A stretch of DNA of 64,000 nt, from assembly GCA_964423885.1 (NCBI GenBank), contig CAYRGD010000002.1, positions 18,128-82,127 of the forward strand, given 5' to 3'. Below the pieces are notes generated by a model. It did not search any database. It had not been told where the DNA came from and saw nothing but the letters and a program-made list of their open reading frames with translations. The DNA comes from an uncultured Candidatus Saccharibacteria bacterium (GTDB taxonomy: Bacteria; Patescibacteriota; UBA1384; JACPKC01). The position numbers and the translations under genes are program-made. Of this stretch, positions 28,691 through 37,209 are shown one piece after another. Every line of letters starts with the position of its first letter. Position 1 is the stretch's first letter.

Positions 28691-29893
28691 TCACTCCCAT
28701 CGCAGCGCCTTGATGGGATCCAGCTTAGCGGCCCGGTAGGCCGGCGCGATCCCGAACACGAGCCCTACGATCACGCCGACACTCGCGGCGAGCGCTACGG
28801 CTGCCGGCGTGACCGCAGGCGACAGGGTCGAGAAGCGGGTCACGAGCATGGCCGCGCCGTAGGCGAGCCCGACCGCGACGGCCGATCCCAGAAGCGACAA
28901 AATCACCGATTCCACCAGGAACTGGAGCAGGATCGCGCCAGTGGTGGCGCCGACCGCTTTGCGGATCCCGATCTCTTTCGTGCGTTCCGTGACCGACACC
29001 AGCATGATGTTCATGATCCCGACGCCGGCCACCAGGAGCGAGATGGCGGCGATGCCGGTGATGGCGGCCGTGAGCAGTGTCAGCACCGTGTCGACTACGC
29101 CCACCAGGTCGTCGGACGACAGCACGCTCACCTCGTCGTCGTGGTGGCGGGCAAGGAGCGCGGACGTCACCGTTTCTTTGTACGTCTTGGTATCTACGCC
29201 GTCTTTCAAGCGGACGATCATGCGGAAGATCCGGTCGCTGCCGGCCAGGTCGTTGCTCGTGCCGTGCGGGATAAGTGTCATGGCGGCCAGGTCGCCGCTC
29301 ACGAGCGAGTTGCTTTCGCTCACCTTCGTGACGCCGATCACCGAGAAATCCTCCTTGCCGACGGTCACTTGTTTGCCGACCGGGTCGGCGTCGCCGAAGA
29401 GCGCGGTCGCGACCGTCGGCCCCAAGACGATTACCCGATCACGGCGCGTGTCCTCGGCGGGCGTGAAGAACCGCCCGCTGCCAAGCTCGATCACGCCATA
29501 GAGGTCAAGGAAATTCGGGGTGACGCCCAGAAGCAGGGCCGACGGGGCGGGCGTCGTACCGGCGCGGACCGTGCCGCCCACCAACGACATCTGGGCGACG
29601 TCGCGTACGCCCGGCAGAGCGGCGATATCGGCCGCGTCGGCCGGCTCGAGTACGTCGCCGGACAGCGCGCTGGTGTTGGGTGCGCCGCCCGACAGCTTGC
29701 CGGGAATGACGGTAAGCACGTTCGAGCCCAGGCTCGTGATCTCGTGGCTCACGTCGCGCCGCAGGCCCTCGCCCACGGCCATGAACATCACCACCGACCC
29801 GACACCGATGATAATGCCGAGCATCGTCAGGAACGACCGGGCCTTGCTGCCAAGGATCGAGCCCACGGCCATCCGTACGGTTTCGAAGATCAT
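28691..29893 (-). CDS. ABC transporter permease (MacB/FtsX family)
   Basis: RSFLTMLGIIIGV, GIMNIMLVSVTERTKEIGIRKAVGA, PAYRAAKLDP. Confidence 0.93.
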   Translation of the reverse strand: MIFETVRMAVGSILGSKARSFLTMLGIIIGVGSVVMFMAVGEGLRRDVSHEITSLGSNVLTVIPGKLSGGAPNTSALSGDVLEPADAADIAALPGVRDVAQMSLVGGTVRAGTTPAPSALLLGVTPNFLDLYGVIELGSGRFFTPAEDTRRDRVIVLGPTVATALFGDADPVGKQVTVGKEDFSVIGVTKVSESNSLVSGDLAAMTLIPHGTSNDLAGSDRIFRMIVRLKDGVDTKTYKETVTSALLARHHDDEVSVLSSDDLVGVVDTVLTLLTAAITGIAAISLLVAGVGIMNIMLVSVTERTKEIGIRKAVGATTGAILLQFLVESVILSLLGSAVAVGLAYGAAMLVTRFSTLSPAVTPAAVALAASVGVIVGLVFGIAPAYRAAKLDPIKALRWE

Positions 29894-30576
29894 CGCAGCC
29901 TCCCGTCCTTCATCTCGAGCACTTGGTGGGCGAGCGCGGCCACGCCGTGGTCGTGGGTCACGATCACGATCGTCTGGCCGTCGCGGTTCAAGTCCTGCAA
30001 GAGCTTCAAGACCAATGCGCCGTTGTCCGAATCCAGGTTGCCAGTCGGTTCGTCGGCCAGCAGTACCTTCGGCGAGTTGATGAGTGATCGCGCGATCGCG
30101 ACGCGTTGCTGTTCGCCGCCGGACAGCTGGTTGGGGCGGTGGTGGAGCCGGTGGGCGAGGCCGACGGTTTTCAACAGGTAGCGGGCCCGCTCGCGCCGGT
30201 TCGGCAGGCGGCTGTAGATGGCCGGCATCGCGACGTTGTCGAGCGCGCTCTGGCGCGGCAGCAAATTAAATTGCTGGAAGATGAACCCGAGCTTTTCGCG
30301 CCGCAGCCGCGCCCGGTCGTCGTCACTCTGCAAGTCCTCGGTGGGTGCGCCGTCGAGCTTGTACTGGCCGCTGCTTGGGCGGTCTAAGAGGCCGATCAGG
30401 TTAAGTACCGTACTCTTGCCCGACCCGCTCGGCCCGATGACCGCAGTGATCGAGCCCGCCGGGATCGCGAACGAGATCCCGCGCACGGCATGCGTTTTAG
30501 CGTTGCCCTCGCCGTAGGTCTTGCTCACGTCGTCGAACGTGATCACGGGCGGAGCCGGCGGCAGGGGGCGGGTCAT
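29890..30576 (-). CDS. ABC transporter ATP-binding protein (LolD/MacB-like)
   Basis: GPSGSGKST, LSGGEQQRVAIAR, LLADEPTGNLD, VTHD. Confidence 0.95.
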   Translation of the reverse strand: MTRPLPPAPPVITFDDVSKTYGEGNAKTHAVRGISFAIPAGSITAVIGPSGSGKSTVLNLIGLLDRPSSGQYKLDGAPTEDLQSDDDRARLRREKLGFIFQQFNLLPRQSALDNVAMPAIYSRLPNRRERARYLLKTVGLAHRLHHRPNQLSGGEQQRVAIARSLINSPKVLLADEPTGNLDSDNGALVLKLLQDLNRDGQTIVIVTHDHGVAALAHQVLEMKDGRLR

Positions 30577-30881
30577 CGCGCTACCGTCCGGTCGGCGCCG
30601 ATCCGCCAACCCTCGGCCGTCAACAAGGCGATCTTGGCGTCGGTACCGCCGTTGAAGCCGCCCAGGCGTCGGCTGGCCGCGACCACCCGGTGGCACGGCA
30701 CTGCGTCGGGATCGCCGGCAGCGGTCACAAAGGACTTGGGATTACCGCGCATGATCGCGCCGACTGCCCGGGCCGCCTTGGGGTTGCCGGCAGCAGCCGC
30801 CACCTCACCGTAGGTCATCACCTGGCCGCTCGGGATCGAACGGACCACGGCGTACACCTGTTCCTTAAACGCACTGTTCAT
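30573..30881 (-). CDS. MGMT family alkylated-DNA repair protein (single domain)
   Basis: IPSGQVMTYG, ARAVG, PCHRVV active-site motif. Confidence 0.9.
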   Translation of the reverse strand: MNSAFKEQVYAVVRSIPSGQVMTYGEVAAAAGNPKAARAVGAIMRGNPKSFVTAAGDPDAVPCHRVVAASRRLGGFNGGTDAKIALLTAEGWRIGADRTVAR

Positions 30882-31387
30882 GCTGCCTCCGGGACTGCGG
30901 CCGCGGCCGCTTTCGGTTCGGTTGATTTGAGTACCACGATCCGCTTGGGCGTTACTTTGACGATCTCGTCGCGGCTGATCACCCGTTCGGGCCCGAACAG
31001 CTTGTTGACGTGGAGCTTGGCGACCCGTTCCAAGTCGGTATCCACGACTACGTCGGCCACGGTGCCGAGCACGTCGCCGTCCTCGCTTTCCACCTTCTTG
31101 CCCTGCCACCGGTCGCGCTGCGCGTATACCGCTTTGAACGGTTGGACGTCGTCAGGAGACACGAGCACGTCGGCGGTGCGGATCACGATCCCGCGCTCTT
31201 CATACCCCACCACGTCGCGCGCCGATAGCGCCCGCCGCGCCGCGAACCAGCCGGCAGGTTTCACCCAAAAGCCCACGACCTCGCCGGTACGTGGGTGGAT
31301 GAGTGTCCCGTCAATCATCCCGACGGCGGATTCGGTATCCAACGTCGCTACGGGAATGCCCTGTAAGTGGCTGGCTTCGATGAGCAT
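30878..31387 (-). CDS. Tandem PRC-barrel domain protein
   Basis: Two repeats of G.V.t..G..lG.V.D pattern. Confidence 0.8.
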   Translation of the reverse strand: MLIEASHLQGIPVATLDTESAVGMIDGTLIHPRTGEVVGFWVKPAGWFAARRALSARDVVGYEERGIVIRTADVLVSPDDVQPFKAVYAQRDRWQGKKVESEDGDVLGTVADVVVDTDLERVAKLHVNKLFGPERVISRDEIVKVTPKRIVVLKSTEPKAAAAAVPEAA

Positions 31388-31470
31388 GTATCCATGCTAC
31401 CACCACCGGCCCGCTCGACATACTCCGGCAGGTGCTGCGATACTGGAGCCAACCAAGGAGGTACCGCTTC

Positions 31471-34044
31471 ATGACGCACCGACGACTACTTGCGCTGGTA
31501 TTGCTCGTATCCCTCCAAGCACTAGGTCTCCAGATCACAGCCCCGAGCCGTGACGACACTGCTACGGCCGCCGCCCAATCCGCCTTCGCCAACCTCCCCC
31601 TCGCCTTCGAACCCAACCTCGGCCAGGCCGAGGATTCGGTGGATTTTGTAGTCCATCACGGCCAAGCCGTGACCGCCTTCTCCAGTACCGGTACCACGAC
31701 AAGTGTGGGCGGCACGCAGGTGACGATGTCGCTTACCGGTGCTGCGGAACAGCAATTCGCCGGTACCGACGAACTCCCGAGCAAGACGAACTACTTTCTG
31801 GGGAACGACCAGTCGAAGTGGCAATCGGATATCCCAAACTACGGCAAGCTGCTGGCCAAGGACGTGTATCCCGGCATCGACCTCGCTTACTACGGGACGA
31901 ACTCACAGCTGGAACACGACTTCATCGTGGCCCCGGGCGTCGATTACAAGCAGATCGCCTTCGGCTTTGCCGGGCAGGACGATCTGTCGCTCGATGACAA
32001 CGGGAACCTTGTCCTCAAAGCGGGCGACGAGATGCTGACCCTCAACGCCCCGGTCACGTACCAGACCGACACCAATTCGAAACACACCATCCCGAGCAGC
32101 TTCGAGCTCAACGGCGGCACCGTCACGGTCGCGGTGGCTGACGCGTATGATCCCGCGAAGCCACTGATCATCGACCCGGTGTTGTCGCTTGTGTATTCGA
32201 CGTATTTGGGAGGGAACGGGGATGATCTTGGCAATGCTATCGCAGTCGATCCTTCTGGAAACACGTATGCGATTGGTCAGACCACCTCGGCCGACTTTCC
32301 GACCAGTTCACCATTTCAAGGTAGTAAGGGCGCGGGGATTGACGTTTATATTACAAAACTCAATCCGACCGGTTCTTCCCTCGTGTATGCAACATATTTG
32401 GGCGGGAGTGGGCATGACATTGGTCGTGGGATCGCGGTGGATATTTCAGGAAACGCCTACGTCACAGGGCAGACCGGCTCGACCAATTTCCCAACCAGTT
32501 CGCCGTTCCAGGCGGCAAATGCAGGCGCGACCAATGTCTTTGTTGCTAAGCTCAATGCGGCTGGTTCAGCGCTGACGTACTCAACCTATCTCGGCGGTAG
32601 TGCTAATGATCTTGGATACAGTATTGCTATCGATGCGGGTGGCAGCGCATATATAACTGGGTCTGCTGGGTCGGCCAACTTTCCAACTGCCTCGCCGTTT
32701 CAAGGAAGTAGGGTGGGTGGCCCAGATGCCTTCGTGACGAAATTGAACGCGGCTGGTTCAGCGCTTGTCTATTCGACATATTTAGGCGGGTCGTTAACTG
32801 ATCAAGGAGAGAGGATCGCAGTAGATAGTGGCGGGAATGCTTATGTAGCCGGCTGGTCGGATAGTAGCAATTTCCCCACAGCGTCACCCATTCAGGCAAG
32901 CAAGGCGGGGAACGATGATGCGATTGTTTTCAAATTCAATCCGTCCGGCTCATCGCTCGTCTATTCAACGTATTTGGGCGGTACGGCGTTTGATCATGGG
33001 TATGGCTTGGCAATTGACAGCTCGGGCAGCGCATATGTAGTCGGCAGAACTGCGTCGACGAACTTCCCAACCGTATCGCCGTTTCAGAGCACGAATGCTG
33101 GCGGCGCAGATGACATTTTCATCACGAAGGTAAATGCTGCTGGCTCAGTCTGGGCATATTCAACGTACCTTGGTGGAAGTGGGGATGACTGGGGGCGTGG
33201 GGTCGACCTTGATACGTCAGGTAACTTCTATGTAACCGGCTGGACTTCGTCGACAAACTTCCCAACGGCGTCTGCGCTTCAGAATACGAATGGCGGCGGT
33301 AGCTATGATGTGTTCGTCGCGAAATTCAATGCGGCTGGTTCGTCGCTCGGCTACTCAACCTACCTCGGTGGCAGTGGAGATGAGCTTGGATATGGGATCG
33401 CGCTTGGTTTAAATGGCAACGCAAACGTCATCGGCCACACTGCGTCAACCAATTTTCCGACCAGCTTGCCGTATCAATCCACGAATAACGGTGGGGCATA
33501 CGATGCCTTCGTGTTCCAACTCACCGAACACAATGTGGATCTTGAAGCCCGTGTGAACCCGACCCTCACCTTCACCGTCGGGAGTACGAGTTGCGCGCTC
33601 GGCGCACTCTCGACCACCCAGACCCGGCAGTGCACGTACACAATGTCGGCAGCCACGAACGGGCAATCCGGGTACGGTATTTCGTACCTGCCAGCTGCGA
33701 CGTTAACCAGTGGCGGGAATACGATTACAGCGCTAGGTTCTCCGACTGCCAGTACGCTCAATACCGAACAGTTCGGGTTGAACTTGGCTGCGAACACCGC
33801 TGCTGGCTCGCATACGGCAACGGACTTCGGGGCGGCTCCGAGCGGCGGCGTTGGTGCTGCGGCAGCCAACTACGCTACGGCCAACTCGTTCAAGTTCGCC
33901 ACTGCCGGTGAGCAAGTCGCCTCGTCGGCCGGTCCGTCGCTTGCGACCACGTACACCGTGTCGACCATTGCCAACATCGGGAACACGACGGAGGCCGGGG
34001 TATATAGCACGATGGTGACGTTCAATGTGGTGGCAGGGTACTAG
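31471..34044 (+). CDS. Secreted SBBP-repeat beta-propeller surface protein
   Basis: Signal peptide; FEPNLGQ N-domain; seven Y(S/A)TYLGG repeats; C-terminal beta-rich domain; AAGGAGG RBS. Confidence 0.88.
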   Translation: MTHRRLLALVLLVSLQALGLQITAPSRDDTATAAAQSAFANLPLAFEPNLGQAEDSVDFVVHHGQAVTAFSSTGTTTSVGGTQVTMSLTGAAEQQFAGTDELPSKTNYFLGNDQSKWQSDIPNYGKLLAKDVYPGIDLAYYGTNSQLEHDFIVAPGVDYKQIAFGFAGQDDLSLDDNGNLVLKAGDEMLTLNAPVTYQTDTNSKHTIPSSFELNGGTVTVAVADAYDPAKPLIIDPVLSLVYSTYLGGNGDDLGNAIAVDPSGNTYAIGQTTSADFPTSSPFQGSKGAGIDVYITKLNPTGSSLVYATYLGGSGHDIGRGIAVDISGNAYVTGQTGSTNFPTSSPFQAANAGATNVFVAKLNAAGSALTYSTYLGGSANDLGYSIAIDAGGSAYITGSAGSANFPTASPFQGSRVGGPDAFVTKLNAAGSALVYSTYLGGSLTDQGERIAVDSGGNAYVAGWSDSSNFPTASPIQASKAGNDDAIVFKFNPSGSSLVYSTYLGGTAFDHGYGLAIDSSGSAYVVGRTASTNFPTVSPFQSTNAGGADDIFITKVNAAGSVWAYSTYLGGSGDDWGRGVDLDTSGNFYVTGWTSSTNFPTASALQNTNGGGSYDVFVAKFNAAGSSLGYSTYLGGSGDELGYGIALGLNGNANVIGHTASTNFPTSLPYQSTNNGGAYDAFVFQLTEHNVDLEARVNPTLTFTVGSTSCALGALSTTQTRQCTYTMSAATNGQSGYGISYLPAATLTSGGNTITALGSPTASTLNTEQFGLNLAANTAAGSHTATDFGAAPSGGVGAAAANYATANSFKFATAGEQVASSAGPSLATTYTVSTIANIGNTTEAGVYSTMVTFNVVAGY
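32188..33520 (+). repeat. Seven SBBP repeats (coding)
   Basis: Y(S/A)TYLGG..D....IA.D..G..Y..G.T.S.NFPT unit x7. Confidence 0.85.
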
Positions 34045-34052
34045 CCGAAGGC

Positions 34053-34080
34053 TTGCCAACGCCGCGGGATCGCCTAGAGT
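34053..34080 (+). promoter_or_regulatory. Putative promoter of eno
   Basis: TTGCCA-N16-TAGAGT. Confidence 0.45.
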
Positions 34081-34102
34081 CTAGGAACAAAGCGAGGGAA
34101 CC

Positions 34103-35314
34103 ATGCTCATCCAATCGGTTGTCGGACGGAAAATCCTGGATTCACGGGCGAACTGGACGTTGGAAGTCGAGGTGCACGGCGACGACGGCACCGTGGGGCG
34201 GGCTGCCGTCCCGTCGGGCGCGGCCGCCGGGACGTACGAGGCAGTGAAGCTCACTGACATCGACCAGGCGGTGGGGAACGTGCAGGGGATCGCGTCGTCG
34301 CTCGTGGGCAAGGCGCTCACCGCCCAGGCCGATATCGACCAGACCCTGATCGGCCTCGACGGCACGGCCGACAAGTCGAACCTGGGCGCGAACGTGCTCT
34401 ACGGCATTTCGATGGCCGCGGCCGCAGCGGCCGCCTCGGCGCAGGGGATCGCGCTCTACCAGTGGATCCAGCAGCTGTCCGGTCACGCCAACCCCAGCCT
34501 GCCCGATCCGTTGTTCAACCTTATCAACGGCGGCAAACATGCCAACAACAACCTGCCGTTCCAGGAGTTCTGCATCGCGCCCAAACCCGGCGCGTCGTTC
34601 ACCGACCAGCTGGCGATGGGGCTTGCGGTCGCCCGGTCGCTCAAGGAACTGCTGCACGAGCGCGGCCACAGCACCACCGTGGGCGACGAAGGCGGCTACG
34701 CGCCGTGGATCCACCGCAACGAAGAGGCGCTCGACCTGTTGGTGGAGGCGATCCAGGCCGCCGGCTACCAGCCGGGCACGGATATCGCGCTGGCGCTCGA
34801 CGTGGCGGCGAGCAACATTCCCGACCTGACCGCCATCACGTACCCGATGCGCTCGGTCGACTACTACGCCAAGCTCACCGAGCAATATCCGATCACGGTG
34901 CTCGAAGATCCGCTCGACCAAGAGGACTGGGCCGGCTGGAGCGAGCTCACCAAGCAGTTGGGCGGCCGGCTGACCGTGGTCGGCGACGACCTGTTCGCGA
35001 CCAACGCCGCGCGGCTTGGGCGTGGGATTACCGAGCGCGCCGCCAACGGGATCTTGGTGAAACCCGACGACGTCGGCACGCTCACCGAGGTGCTGGCGAC
35101 GGTCAAGCTCGCCCAGACCAACAACTACAAGGTGCTCATTTCGCACCGTGCGGGCGAGACGGAGTCGACGCTCATCGCCGACTTGGCAGTGGGTATCGGC
35201 GCGGCGTTCTTGAAAGCCGGCGGCCTGTCGCGCAGCGAGCGCACGGCCAAGTACAACCAGCTGAAGCGGATTGCGGGTGTGTTGAGCGAAACCGGCGCCA
35301 AGAGCTGGGCGTAA
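34103..35314 (+). CDS. eno: Enolase (divergent)
   Basis: NGGKHA, QEF, GDEGGYAP, LDVAAS, LEDP, VGDDL, SHR, KYNQL. Confidence 0.9.
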   Translation: MLIQSVVGRKILDSRANWTLEVEVHGDDGTVGRAAVPSGAAAGTYEAVKLTDIDQAVGNVQGIASSLVGKALTAQADIDQTLIGLDGTADKSNLGANVLYGISMAAAAAAASAQGIALYQWIQQLSGHANPSLPDPLFNLINGGKHANNNLPFQEFCIAPKPGASFTDQLAMGLAVARSLKELLHERGHSTTVGDEGGYAPWIHRNEEALDLLVEAIQAAGYQPGTDIALALDVAASNIPDLTAITYPMRSVDYYAKLTEQYPITVLEDPLDQEDWAGWSELTKQLGGRLTVVGDDLFATNAARLGRGITERAANGILVKPDDVGTLTEVLATVKLAQTNNYKVLISHRAGETESTLIADLAVGIGAAFLKAGGLSRSERTAKYNQLKRIAGVLSETGAKSWA

Positions 35315-35326
35315 GCGGGTACGCGG

Positions 35327-35352
35327 ACGGGCTCCGATCGGAGCCCGTTGTT
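35327..35352. terminator. Hairpin/terminator between convergent eno and efp
   Basis: ACGGGCTCC-gatc-GGAGCCCGT inverted repeat. Confidence 0.6.
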
Positions 35353-35374
35353 GTGCGATGGCGCAGCGTGCCGG

Positions 35375-35938
35375 TTAGCCGTTGACGCGTTCGACGTATT
35401 CGCCGGTAACGGTGCTGACGCGTACGGTTTCGCCCTGCTTGATGAAGAGCGGAACGTTCACTTCGAGCCCGGTTTCCAAGGTGGCCGGCTTCAATGTGCC
35501 GGACTGGGTGTCGCCCTTGAAGCCCGGTTCGGTGTAGGTGATCACGAGGTCGACCTTGGCGGGCAGTTCCACGGCCAGGATCTGGCTGTTGTAGAGCATG
35601 AGGTTGAGTTCCAAGCCTTCTTTGAGGTACTTCGCGTCGCTGCCGAGCTTCGCGAGGCCGATCTCATGCTGCTCGAACGACTCGGCTTCCATGAAGGTGG
35701 CGTTCGTGCCGTCGGCGTAGAGGAACTGGCCCTTGCGACGGGCGATGTCGGCTTCGTCGAACTGTTCGCTGCCCTTGAAGGTGCGTTCGTAGACGGCGCC
35801 GGTGAGCAGGTTGCGGATCTTGGTGCGCAGAACCGCGCCGGCCCGGCCGGTTTTGGAATGTTCGTAGGACAGTACCTGGTGCGGTACGGCGTCGAGCTCG
35901 AAGAACGTACCTGTTTTCAGGTCGGTGATCGAAAGCAT
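35375..35938 (-). CDS. efp: Elongation factor P
   Basis: KTGRAGA loop, PGFKGDT, KPATLETG, VPLFI, YVER. Confidence 0.96.
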   Translation of the reverse strand: MLSITDLKTGTFFELDAVPHQVLSYEHSKTGRAGAVLRTKIRNLLTGAVYERTFKGSEQFDEADIARRKGQFLYADGTNATFMEAESFEQHEIGLAKLGSDAKYLKEGLELNLMLYNSQILAVELPAKVDLVITYTEPGFKGDTQSGTLKPATLETGLEVNVPLFIKQGETVRVSTVTGEYVERVNG

Positions 35939-35944
35939 CGGGAA

Positions 35945-36160
35945 TTACCGGGTGGCGTAGGGGACGAGCGCCAGGAACCGGCCGCGCTTGACCGCTTCGG
36001 CCAGGAGTCGCTGGTGGCGGGCGCAGGTGCCGGTGTCCTTGGCCGTGCGGATCTTGCTCCACGTGCCCATGTGGCGGCGGAGCAGGCCGGCGTCCTTATA
36101 GTCGATCCATTCGACGTGCTTGCGGCAGAACTGGCAGGTCCGTTTGCGTTGCTGAGCCAT
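35945..36160 (-). CDS. rpsR: 30S ribosomal protein S18 (Cys-containing, zinc-ribbon form)
   Basis: CQFC...IDYKD...TGTCARHQR..AVKRGR. Confidence 0.95.
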   Translation of the reverse strand: MAQQRKRTCQFCRKHVEWIDYKDAGLLRRHMGTWSKIRTAKDTGTCARHQRLLAEAVKRGRFLALVPYATR

Positions 36161-36172
36161 AAAAGTCCTTCG

Positions 36173-36661
36173 TTAGAACGGGATGTCGTCGAGGTTGATT
36201 TCGTCCGGTACGGTGGCCGGGGCCTCGGCTGGGTTGGTAGCTCCCTCTTTCGCGGCGGTTTTCTTCGGTGCCATGCTCGGCATGGCCGGGGCGTCCATCG
36301 CGCCGCCCTCGCCAGACTGGTCGCCGTGCCGGCTCGGGCCGGTGGCGCTCAGCTGGTCGGCGATGACTTCGGTGGAGTAGCGCTTGATGCCGTCCTGGCC
36401 TTCCCACTGGCGGGTGCGCAGCCGGCCGACCACCAGCACCTTGCGGCCCTTGTACAGGATCTGGCCGCAGATTTCGGCCAACTTGCCCCAGGCGACGATG
36501 TTATGGAATTCGGTCTCTTCCTGTTGCTGGCCGTCTTTGTTGGTCCAGCGGCGGTTGGTGGCGATCGAGAACGAAGCGACGGTCGCGCCGCTCGTAGTCG
36601 AGCGCAGTTCCGGATCTTTCGTCAGGTTGCCGAGAATGATCGCCTGGTTGAAATCCGCCAT
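36173..36661 (-). CDS. ssb: Single-stranded DNA-binding protein
   Basis: GNLTKDPELR, GRLRTRQW, C-terminal DDIPF. Confidence 0.98.
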   Translation of the reverse strand: MADFNQAIILGNLTKDPELRSTTSGATVASFSIATNRRWTNKDGQQQEETEFHNIVAWGKLAEICGQILYKGRKVLVVGRLRTRQWEGQDGIKRYSTEVIADQLSATGPSRHGDQSGEGGAMDAPAMPSMAPKKTAAKEGATNPAEAPATVPDEINLDDIPF

Positions 36662-36676
36662 ACCGCCTCCTTGGTA

Positions 36677-37126
36677 TTACTGCTCGAGCGGGGCGTCGGC
36701 CGGGCCGGCGTCGTCGCTCAAGAGCTTGTCGAGTTGTTCGTCGAGCTTCTTCGACCGTTCCTTGTCGTCGGCGGCCGGGGCTGCGGGAGCGGTTTCACCG
36801 CCGAGCTCCTTGGCTTCTTTGAGTTCCTCGCCTTCGTCGAGCGAGGCGGACAGCTTGGCGACCGGCAGCGAGACCAGCAGATGCCGCAACAGGTCGGACA
36901 TCAGACGGAATTCCTTGGTGAGCTGGGCGGTGGCGGCGGGGTCGAGGGACAGCTGGTAGGCGGTGTAGAACCCGGCCGTTTCTTTGTTGATCGGGTATGC
37001 GAAACTGCGCCGCCCCAGGCTGTGCTGGGCAACAATCGTGCCGCCGGCGCGCGCAATCGCCTGCTCGACGGCAGGAAGCTGTTCGTCTCGGGTGATCGTG
37101 GTCAGTTCGTAGTCTCGTACGCTCAC
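36677..37126 (-). CDS. rpsF: 30S ribosomal protein S6 with acidic C-terminal extension
   Basis: RDYEL, GRRSFAYPINK, LLRHLLV; GTG start with AAGGAG RBS; rpsF-ssb-rpsR synteny. Confidence 0.9.
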   Translation of the reverse strand: MSVRDYELTTITRDEQLPAVEQAIARAGGTIVAQHSLGRRSFAYPINKETAGFYTAYQLSLDPAATAQLTKEFRLMSDLLRHLLVSLPVAKLSASLDEGEELKEAKELGGETAPAAPAADDKERSKKLDEQLDKLLSDDAGPADAPLEQ

Positions 37127-37178
37127 GGTGCTCCTTGGACTTGCATATCGCCGCACGCTCACAGGTGCAGTACCCGCG

Positions 37179-37207
37179 ACTCTACCAGGTGGCGCCTCGG
37201 TTGGCAA
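37179..37207 (-). promoter_or_regulatory. Putative promoter of rpsF-ssb-rpsR-efp
   Basis: TTGCCA-N17-TAGAGT. Confidence 0.55.
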
Positions 37208-37209
37208 GC

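Noticed and set aside
32188-33520. Diversity-generating retroelement target/template repeats
   Set aside because: No reverse transcriptase, and repeat differences are not restricted to adenines; ordinary diverged protein repeats.
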